Shown here: positions 39,724 to 47,019 of the stretch, in pieces | How positions within the stretch are numbered: position 1 is the first letter of the stretch | Layout of the letters: each line of letters opens with the position of its first letter | Source: Sulfurovum sp. | GTDB taxonomy: Bacteria; Campylobacterota; Campylobacteria; Campylobacterales; Sulfurovaceae | Direction of reading: 5' to 3' | Assembly: GCA_020721815.1 (NCBI GenBank) | Contig: DYMA01000001.1 | Coordinates: 1-62,637, forward strand | DNA length: 62,637 nt | Made by a program: the position numbers and the translations under genes | The notes under the pieces: model-generated | What the model was told of the DNA's origin: nothing | The model's database searches: none | What the model saw: only the letters and a program-made list of their open reading frames with translations

Positions 39724-40240
39724 CTTTTGACTCCTTCGCCTGGGCTTTTCTTCGTTTTACCTCTGCTTTGACATCTTTGTTGTCTTCTCTTCCTATCCTA
39801 AAGTCAAAATGCTCATTGACATAGGCTAATGTATCAAACTCCCTGCGAAGTGGCGGTATCTCATTCCAGTTTTCCAAAGCAAAATCATAGAGTGTGTCGT
39901 TGCCTCTAAAGTTGATACCGTACATCTCGTGAAGGTCACGCTCCATCACCTGAGCTTGTGGATAGAGGTTGAGGAGTGTGGGCAAAGAGCAATGCACTCT
40001 ACTGATGCGTACCTCTACCATAAGGTTTTTATCCCTCTCCTTGGTGGTAAGGATATAGTTGAGAGCAAACACCTCATCCTCTATCCAATCGGTACAGGCT
40101 ATTTGCGAGAGGGTGATAAAGTTGCTGTTGATGGAAACAGAGGAGAGTATCTCTACAAGCTTATCGGACTCTATCTGGAGCTTGTAGAGTCTCGGAGCTT
40201 TCTCTACTATCTCGTAATGTTTTTTCAAAAATTCTATCAT
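39713..40240 (-). CDS. NuoC/MbxK-like subunit
   Basis: 30-kDa subunit fold signature (VMERDLHEMYGINF...). Overlaps both neighbours. Confidence 0.8.
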   Translation of the reverse strand: MIEFLKKHYEIVEKAPRLYKLQIESDKLVEILSSVSINSNFITLSQIACTDWIEDEVFALNYILTTKERDKNLMVEVRISRVHCSLPTLLNLYPQAQVMERDLHEMYGINFRGNDTLYDFALENWNEIPPLRREFDTLAYVNEHFDFRIGREDNKDVKAEVKRRKAQAKESKDGK

Positions 40241-40863
40241 TGGTTCATCCCTGCAAAGTTCTCTTCAAAGGTTGGAGTAGTGTTTTTGCCAAATATCTTC
40301 TCTTGGTTGGCTCTATAGAAAGCATTGTTTTCTCTGTATTGGATATAGCCTGCCTCGCTTTTGGCGTTTCTGATATTGTCTTGGAGTTTGACAAAGCCCT
40401 CGATAAGTGCTTCGGGTCTGGGCATACAGCCGTTGATGTACATATCTACAGGAAGATACTCATCGAGCTTTTTGATGGTGTTGTAGCTATCCCAATACAT
40501 ACCGCCGTTGATGGTACAACTCCCTAATCCTATGACATACTTTGGTTCATTCATCTGTTCATAGCTTCGTATTACTCGTTTGAGTGTTTTGTAGGAGCAG
40601 TAGCCTGAGACGATGAGAATATCGGCTTGTCTAGGAGTCGCTACGCCTACGACACCGAGTCGCTCTATATCGTAACGACTCGTAAAGATAGGAGGCATCT
40701 CTATCGCCCCACAACCTGTACCATAAGCTAGGACAAACATACTCCTTGCACGAAACCAATCGACGGCTTTTTGAATGATGCTTTGTGTATTTTTGATGGA
40801 GTACTCTTCATTGTCCAAAACTTTTTGTTGGTCTATAAATCCCTCTTGGGTATTTTCTGGCAT
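40237..40863 (-). CDS. NuoB/MbxJ-like small subunit ([4Fe-4S] carrier)
   Basis: GTGCGAIEM, GLGSCTINGG and NGCMPRPE motifs. Start set at MPENTQ (40863) to avoid overlap with the NuoH-like gene. Confidence 0.85.
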   Translation of the reverse strand: MPENTQEGFIDQQKVLDNEEYSIKNTQSIIQKAVDWFRARSMFVLAYGTGCGAIEMPPIFTSRYDIERLGVVGVATPRQADILIVSGYCSYKTLKRVIRSYEQMNEPKYVIGLGSCTINGGMYWDSYNTIKKLDEYLPVDMYINGCMPRPEALIEGFVKLQDNIRNAKSEAGYIQYRENNAFYRANQEKIFGKNTTPTFEENFAGMNQ

Positions 40864-40873
40864 ACTTTTTCCT

Positions 40874-41752
40874 TTATACAAACAGAAGTCCAACTAGGGC
40901 AATACCTGTCGGAACTCTTACTAAAAACTCAACACTCTGTGCGGTAGTAAATCTCGCATAGACATTACCTACCAACACTGCCACCAAAAAGAGTACAAAA
41001 GTTTTGGCGACTAGCTCCACAAGACTCTGCGCCCCTCCCAAAAAGAGATTCACCATCAAAAGAAGCTTTGCAAATGAAAAGATAGCACTTTGCGAGAGAG
41101 CAATAGCAAAAAACTTTCCACTAAACTCTGTAGCAGGTCCACTGTAAACCTCTTGGGGTGCGCCGACGACATCAAAGGGAGATTTGCCCATAAATCCCAA
41201 AAATGAGATAAATGCCCCAATAAAGAGCAGCGGATGGGTAAATGCGTTGTAGCCCTCACTTTGGTTGGTCATAATGACACCAATATCCGCACTATGGTTG
41301 GCTATCATAAGCCCGATAGCAGCGATATAAAAGGGTAACTCCAGCCCGATAAGGCGTGTCAAACCTCGTGTGATACCCATGACTCCAAAAGGATTGCCGT
41401 TGCTCCCTATACCCATAGCATTGCCCAAAGGTTCCAAAACCATGAGGTAAAGCACGAGGATAAGATTGCCGTATTGGCTCAAACCCACTAGATGCTCACT
41501 CCCATTGAGATAGGGAATAAAGAGGAGAGTTGTAATAGCCCCTATCATCATGATGATAGGTCCTGCATAAAACATCCAACCAAAGTTGGTCGAGTTCTCT
41601 TTGAGAAAGAGTTTGATACTATCAAAAAAGGATTGTGCCAGTGAGGGACCAAATCTACCGTGAACTCTTGCAGAGATATTTCTGTAGAGTCCATAGTATA
41701 AAAATCCAAAAATATACGCCAATGCTATCATAGCAAGCGAATCCAAAAACAT
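40874..41752 (-). CDS. NuoH/MbxM-like membrane subunit
   Basis: 292 aa, about 8 TM helices. N-terminal RFGPS (...HGRFGPSLAQSFFDSIKL) matches the NuoH-type R-x-GP-x-G-x-LQ-x-x-D region. Confidence 0.8.
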   Translation of the reverse strand: MFLDSLAMIALAYIFGFLYYGLYRNISARVHGRFGPSLAQSFFDSIKLFLKENSTNFGWMFYAGPIIMMIGAITTLLFIPYLNGSEHLVGLSQYGNLILVLYLMVLEPLGNAMGIGSNGNPFGVMGITRGLTRLIGLELPFYIAAIGLMIANHSADIGVIMTNQSEGYNAFTHPLLFIGAFISFLGFMGKSPFDVVGAPQEVYSGPATEFSGKFFAIALSQSAIFSFAKLLLMVNLFLGGAQSLVELVAKTFVLFLVAVLVGNVYARFTTAQSVEFLVRVPTGIALVGLLFV

Positions 41753-43371
41753 TATCTCACCCCCAAAAAAAGTAAAATGGTAAAAAAGAGCAAGATAAAG
41801 AGTCCAATATATTGCGTGCCTAGGCTGTAGAGTTTTTTGACCATGACTGAACTATCACCACTGAGTTTGGAGATATGCTCCCAGTATGTGGCAGTGCTAT
41901 TTTCTAAAATCACTCTGATAAAGCTGATGCGTCGTAGCTCCTGTCCCATGCCGTAGCCATAGTGGAGATTGTTTTGTGGGTCGGGAGTTTCGCCACAGTA
42001 GCTGATGTCGTATCTATCTCTCACTTTGACCGCTTTGCTCCTCATGGATGTCACTAGTAGCAAAATGAGTGCAAAAACAAGCCCAAAGAGTCCCATGAGA
42101 ACTCCACCGTTGAATGATGCAAAGGCTGTGTGGAGTTCAAAGAGGCTACTGTAGCTACTCACCTCAAAGCCAAGAGAGCCTAGGATAGGGTTGAACAGTG
42201 CGATACCAAGTGATGGCAAGATACCCAAAAGTACCAAGATGATAGCTGCTATAAACTGAGGAATATAAAAACTCATAGGAAGCTCTCTGTATCCCTCTTT
42301 GTCGCCACTTGCTTGTCCTAGGTAAATACCATAGATGAGCTTGTAGCAGTAGAGAAAGGCGGAGGCAGAGCTAAACATCACAGCTACGAGTAGGAGTGCT
42401 TTTTTCTTCTCTAGTAGTGTTGTATAGATGAGAAACTTGCTGTTGAATCCCCCGAGTGGAGGCATGCCTGCGAGGGCTATGATACCGATGAGCAGGAGGA
42501 TAAAGAGGGCAGGGTAGTCATAGAGGAGATTGCCTAGTTGGCTAAACTTTGTCTTGCCTGTGATATAGATGATAGAGGCGATATTGACAAAGAGCAGGAG
42601 CTTGACTAGCGTGTGAATGATGGTGTGATAGAGTCCAGCCTCGATACCACTCCCCTCCAAGAGAGCTAAAACAGTGACGATATAGCCTATCTGAGCGATA
42701 GAGGAGTAGGCTAAGAGTCTTTTGAGTTCCTCTTGTGAGATGGCTTTGAAAGTGGCTACAATGGAGGTAATGACACCCAACCACGCAAGTATATCAAAAA
42801 GTGAACCGTGAAGGTATCTATAGCCTATAATTTGCGAAAAGATGACAATAAAGAGAAATATCCCAGCTTTTGAGATGATGGCACTTAGTATCGCTGAGAA
42901 GATATGGTCAGACTCCTCGTAGGTATCAACCACCCAGTAGTGAAAGGGCATAATACCTGATTTGATAGCGATGGTGACAAAAAGCAAAAGCGTTATCGGC
43001 ACACGCAACGCCTCTGGTACTTTGCCAAAATCAATCTCGCCGTAGAGTGTCGTACCTGCAAAAGCAACGATAAGGACGATAGCCCCAAGGAGTGCAAAAC
43101 CTGCTGCGAGGTTAAAGATAATATATTTTTGCAGCGTCTCTATCCTAGCACTTTTGGCGATGATAAAGTAGCTACTCCAGCTCATAATCTCCCACCCTAC
43201 AAAGAGTGTAATAAGGTCACTGGCATAAAATATAACTCCTAATGATGCAAAGAGGAGTATATGCAACGGCAAATCCCTCCTCTCGTTTTTAATCAAAAGC
43301 AAAGAGGCAAAGACGATGAGTGTCAAGCCAAAAAAGAGATTGCCCAGTGGGGTCATGGCAAAGTTAAACAT
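41752..43371 (-). CDS. MrpD/NuoL/M-like antiporter subunit (second copy, H'-like)
   Basis: 539 aa, polytopic. Conserved proton-pump-family blocks (WEIMSWSSY, PFHYWV, AYSSIAQIGY). Confidence 0.8.
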   Translation of the reverse strand: MFNFAMTPLGNLFFGLTLIVFASLLLIKNERRDLPLHILLFASLGVIFYASDLITLFVGWEIMSWSSYFIIAKSARIETLQKYIIFNLAAGFALLGAIVLIVAFAGTTLYGEIDFGKVPEALRVPITLLLFVTIAIKSGIMPFHYWVVDTYEESDHIFSAILSAIISKAGIFLFIVIFSQIIGYRYLHGSLFDILAWLGVITSIVATFKAISQEELKRLLAYSSIAQIGYIVTVLALLEGSGIEAGLYHTIIHTLVKLLLFVNIASIIYITGKTKFSQLGNLLYDYPALFILLLIGIIALAGMPPLGGFNSKFLIYTTLLEKKKALLLVAVMFSSASAFLYCYKLIYGIYLGQASGDKEGYRELPMSFYIPQFIAAIILVLLGILPSLGIALFNPILGSLGFEVSSYSSLFELHTAFASFNGGVLMGLFGLVFALILLLVTSMRSKAVKVRDRYDISYCGETPDPQNNLHYGYGMGQELRRISFIRVILENSTATYWEHISKLSGDSSVMVKKLYSLGTQYIGLFILLFFTILLFLGVR

Positions 43372-44758
43372 GGCTACCTCCTATAAGTGTTGTTGCGACG
43401 ACCTTGCAAACCGCAAGAAGAGTATCGGGGAAAATACCAAAATAGACGATAGCAGTCGCCATAAGCGATAGCAGTGCTTTGTGCAAGAGAGGTATTGATA
43501 GGCTCTCTTTTGTTTCATCTCCACCTCTGGCGTATCCCAAAAGTCTAAAGAGGTAAGCAGCCTCCACGAGAGAGACTAGCAAAATCACCCCTATCAGGAG
43601 ATACCCACCACTTAGAGCCAAGCCCTTGAGTATGGTAAGTTTGGCAATAAATCCACCAAATGGAGGCAATCCCAAAAGCGAGAGAAATCCAATGGCAAAG
43701 ATACTCATCAAAAAGAGTGAGCCAAATCGCCCAAAAATCTCTACCTTTGTGCTATGAAACTGCTGCTTTAAGATATCAAGAGACAAAAAGAGCATGAGTT
43801 TGGTGATAGAGTGAAGAGCTATCAAAAATATCGCTCCACTCACGGCTGTAACATTACCCGATGAGAGTGCTATAAAGAGTATCCCTATTTGACCGAGTGT
43901 GGAGTAGGCAAATATCCTCTTTAAATCCTTGCTTCCCAATGCGGAGAGTTCGGCAACAGCAAAAGAGATAGCACCAATAACCGCCAAAAAGGTTAGCTTT
44001 TGACTCTCCACGCCAAGCATATAGGCGATATGAAAAAAGAGAAAGATGTAGGCTTTGGAGAGTGTGGCACTAAAGAGTGCGTTGATTTGGTTGCCGCTGG
44101 CTTGATAGATATGAGCAACCCAAAAGTTGAGAGGAAAAATCTCCGCCTTGACACCAAACCCAATAAAGAGTGAGAGCAAAATCAAAAACTGCGTATGCGT
44201 CTCAATCGTAGCAAATCTCTGACCGATAGTCACCAAATCGAGCGAACCGATGCTAAGGTAGATACTTATAATAGCAATAAGGAGAAAGATAGAAGCTGCA
44301 AATCCGATAATCATATAACGAATCGCCCCACTGTAGGCTTGTTTGTCTCGTCCCAAAGAGGTGAGAATATAAGCCGTGACACTTGCCATCTCGAAAAATA
44401 TATAAATATTGAATATATCCCCACTCAAAACAAGCCCCATGAGACTTGCTAGAAGTATATTATTGAGAATAAATCTCTCTTTGCTGTTCTCGCCGCCCAG
44501 ATTGTAGAGCGAGAGGAGTGTCATGATAGTGATAAAAAGTATCACAAAAAAGAGCGATGCACTATCAAGCACAAAGGAGATACTCAGAGCCGAATCAAAG
44601 GAGATATTCTCACGCATTGGCAAAGCAGAGATGAAACCAATAGCAAGTCCAAGGAGTGCAAGGTTGAGAGCTACGGAGAGATATTTGAGATACTCTCTAA
44701 AAAAGGGTGCCAAAAATGAGGCAAGGAGCGGCAAAGCCACGAAATAGACCAAACTCAT
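43364..44758 (-). CDS. MrpD/NuoM/N-like antiporter subunit (first copy)
   Basis: 464 aa, polytopic. FFEMASVTAY, PLNFWV and AYSTLGQIG blocks. Confidence 0.8.
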   Translation of the reverse strand: MSLVYFVALPLLASFLAPFFREYLKYLSVALNLALLGLAIGFISALPMRENISFDSALSISFVLDSASLFFVILFITIMTLLSLYNLGGENSKERFILNNILLASLMGLVLSGDIFNIYIFFEMASVTAYILTSLGRDKQAYSGAIRYMIIGFAASIFLLIAIISIYLSIGSLDLVTIGQRFATIETHTQFLILLSLFIGFGVKAEIFPLNFWVAHIYQASGNQINALFSATLSKAYIFLFFHIAYMLGVESQKLTFLAVIGAISFAVAELSALGSKDLKRIFAYSTLGQIGILFIALSSGNVTAVSGAIFLIALHSITKLMLFLSLDILKQQFHSTKVEIFGRFGSLFLMSIFAIGFLSLLGLPPFGGFIAKLTILKGLALSGGYLLIGVILLVSLVEAAYLFRLLGYARGGDETKESLSIPLLHKALLSLMATAIVYFGIFPDTLLAVCKVVATTLIGGSHV

Positions 44759-45141
44759 GACTCTTCTCCCAATTCATTCATCTTGTCTATATCCAAATTG
44801 CCCGTGAGTTTGAAGTAATTGACAACAAAAGAGAGCGAGAGTGCCAAGACCGCAATGGCGATAACGATGGTTGTAAGTATCATCGCTTGCGGTACGGGAT
44901 CGACCATATTTACGCCAAACTCTGTCACCTTTTGCGTGACAATGGGGGCATCTTTGCCAACTTCAAAGTGCATGCCTATGAAGTACAAAAAGAGACTTGC
45001 CTCAGCGATAGATAGAGAGAGAAATATTTTGAAGAGATTTTTTTTGCTCATTGCACCAATCAAACCAATAGCCAAAAGCAAAAATGCACCGATGGTAATA
45101 ACTCCATGCAAAAAAGGTGTTTGGTTGAAACTATCTAACAT
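44755..45141 (-). CDS. MrpC/NuoK-like subunit
   Basis: 128 aa with three TM helices. Position and size match MnhC/MbxG. Confidence 0.65.
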   Translation of the reverse strand: MLDSFNQTPFLHGVITIGAFLLLAIGLIGAMSKKNLFKIFLSLSIAEASLFLYFIGMHFEVGKDAPIVTQKVTEFGVNMVDPVPQAMILTTIVIAIAVLALSLSFVVNYFKLTGNLDIDKMNELGEES

Positions 45142-45838
45142 CTTTTATCCTTATGAAATACTCAACAAGAGTACTAATCTCAGCAGAGACTTTGAGTCCT
45201 ACAAATATATAGATGAGCGGTATCACGCCCCCACTCCACAGTTTGCCCAACGTGCCTAGCGGCAAGAAATTACCAAAGAATCTATCGACAAGCAAAAGAC
45301 CCAAAATACCAACGAGGACAAATCCAGCACCACTGAGTGCCTCTACGAGAGTAGTCATTTTGTGATTTAGCTTAAACTCATTGTTTTTGGCCAAAAACAT
45401 CAGCAAAAAACCACTTGCAATGACCACGCCACCTTGAAATCCACCCCCAGGCGAGAGGTGACCATGAATGATAATATAGAGTCCAAAGAGGATGATGAGA
45501 GGAAAAAGCATATCGGCTCCTATTTTAAGGAGGGCATTGTCGTAGCTAAAGATATTCTCTTTCTCTTGCAGTCTCTCTATCCCCAAACCAATCCCAAAAA
45601 TAGACAAAAAGAGTATCGTAACCTCCCCTAGTGTATCAAGCCCCCTAAAGTAGGTGACTACCGAAGTGACGGCATTGGCGCTTTGTGTGGTGGTTTGGTT
45701 GATAGCCAAAAGCTCACTGCCCAGTGAACCAGAGAGGGGTTGAAAGCTCAGCAATATGCCCAAGAGCAAAATAGTCATGATGGATACGAGCAGTGAAACC
45801 ACGATGGTTTGTACTCTAATTTCTCTTTTTGGATTCAT
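45131..45838 (-). CDS. MrpB/MnhB-like subunit
   Basis: NAVTSVVTYFRGLDTLGE and HLSPGGGFQGGVV motifs of the MnhB domain. Confidence 0.75.
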   Translation of the reverse strand: MNPKREIRVQTIVVSLLVSIMTILLLGILLSFQPLSGSLGSELLAINQTTTQSANAVTSVVTYFRGLDTLGEVTILFLSIFGIGLGIERLQEKENIFSYDNALLKIGADMLFPLIILFGLYIIIHGHLSPGGGFQGGVVIASGFLLMFLAKNNEFKLNHKMTTLVEALSGAGFVLVGILGLLLVDRFFGNFLPLGTLGKLWSGGVIPLIYIFVGLKVSAEISTLVEYFIRIKDVR

Positions 45839-46083
45839 ACGTTGCGCCCCTTTTTACTAATCTGTAGGAGTGTTACCAACAAGACAACACCACTCGTCCC
45901 CACACCTATCACCGCTTCCGTTAGAGCTACATCGGGTGCGCTAAAGAGGACAAATAAGACAGCACTGCCCAAACCAAACCCCATAAATAAAATCACACTA
46001 TGAGCCAAATCGTTGTTGGATACAATAAAAATAGCCAAGAGAATAAGCATTGCAAAAATGCAAAGTACAATAAGCCCTATCAT
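45835..46083 (-). CDS. DUF4040 / MrpB N-terminal-like (MbhD-like) subunit
   Basis: 82 aa with the SAPDVALTEAVIGVG motif. Confidence 0.65.
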   Translation of the reverse strand: MIGLIVLCIFAMLILLAIFIVSNNDLAHSVILFMGFGLGSAVLFVLFSAPDVALTEAVIGVGTSGVVLLVTLLQISKKGRNV

Positions 46084-46397
46084 TTTTGCTCTCCCAAATC
46101 ATCTATGCCGCTCTTGTTTAAAAAGCCATTTTTGAGATAGCTACTACGAGCCAAGATAGACGATGAGAGCGGGTTGGTGAGGAGTATAAAAAGCCCCAAG
46201 AGCGAGAGCTTGAACCCAAGCGATGGGTCTAAAAATATCGCTCCTAGTATCACGAGCAGACTGCCCAAGGTAGAGGCTTTTGTGCCTGCGTGCATACGGG
46301 TGATAGTATCGGGCATACGCAACAGCCCAATCGCACTGATTATCAAGAGCAGTGTACCCAAAAACATAATAAAAAATCCAATACCATCAAGCATCAT
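46080..46397 (-). CDS. MrpG/MnhG-like subunit
   Basis: GLLRMPDTITRMHAGTKASTLG signature. Confidence 0.8.
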   Translation of the reverse strand: MMLDGIGFFIMFLGTLLLIISAIGLLRMPDTITRMHAGTKASTLGSLLVILGAIFLDPSLGFKLSLLGLFILLTNPLSSSILARSSYLKNGFLNKSGIDDLGEQK

Positions 46398-46644
46398 CGC
46401 TCCTTATCACATTGAATCGTGCAAAAACAATCGTACCCACGAAGCCTATGAGAGCAAAAACAAAAGCTATATCCAAATAGATGCTATCTTTGATGGTCAC
46501 AGACATAACCACCAAGAGTGATACTGCGATAATCCCCATCGTATCAAACGCCACAACTCTATCGGTGAGATGGGGTCCTATAAGAAAGCGAATAAACGAG
46601 AGGAGTATTGCAAAAAGAGTCATAATAATGAGAAATAGAGCCAT
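46387..46644 (-). CDS. MrpF/MnhF-like subunit (first gene of the cluster)
   Basis: LIGPHLTDRVVAFDTMG signature. 85 aa, three TM helices. Confidence 0.8.
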   Translation of the reverse strand: MALFLIIMTLFAILLSFIRFLIGPHLTDRVVAFDTMGIIAVSLLVVMSVTIKDSIYLDIAFVFALIGFVGTIVFARFNVIRSDDA

Positions 46645-46801
46645 ATAAGTAACCTTGCTTTAGTATTGTATATTTTGACTTTAGATTATAGTAGAAATAT
46701 ATATCATTATAATAACAGATATTAGACAAGATTTGGCTTTAAATGCAAAAGAAAATTACAATGAAGCGGGATAGTTATTCGTTACGAAACAAGAAATATA
46801 T

Positions 46802-46924
46802 CTTACTCCACGACAAAGCAAAAAAATATCGTATCCGTTCACCCTGAGCTTGTCGAAAGGTCTTGAGTTTGATGTACTTCGACAAGCTCAGCACGAACGA
46901 TAAATTGAATATGTCGTGAAGTGA
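46802..46924 (+). repeat. Nested palindromic repeat, subfamily 2, copy C
   Basis: cttactccacgac...ccgttcaccctgagcttgtcgaaagg-N-cttcgacaagctcagcacgaacg...gtcgtgaagtga. Inverted counterpart of 37471-37592. Confidence 0.9.
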
Positions 46925-46977
46925 GGAAATATATTTTAAAAATAGAAATAATTGTCATAATAAATAGGATAGAGTTA

Positions 46978-46986
46978 TGCTATACT
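46978..46986 (+). promoter_or_regulatory. Extended -10 promoter element TGCTATACT upstream of the GH57 glucanotransferase
   Basis: TGnTATACT lies 34 nt upstream of the ATG at 47020. GGAG RBS at 47009-47012. Confidence 0.4.
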
Positions 46987-47019
46987 CTTTGGAGAAGATT
47001 TATATTTTGGAGCTATTAG

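Noticed and set aside
37761-46644. Interpreting the cluster as respiratory complex I (nuo operon).
   Set aside because: NuoA, J, E, F and G are absent. MrpB, E, F and G subunits are present. The NuoD-like subunit retains a CxxC hydrogenase-type motif. The gene set therefore matches Mbh/Mbx-type complexes, not Nuo.
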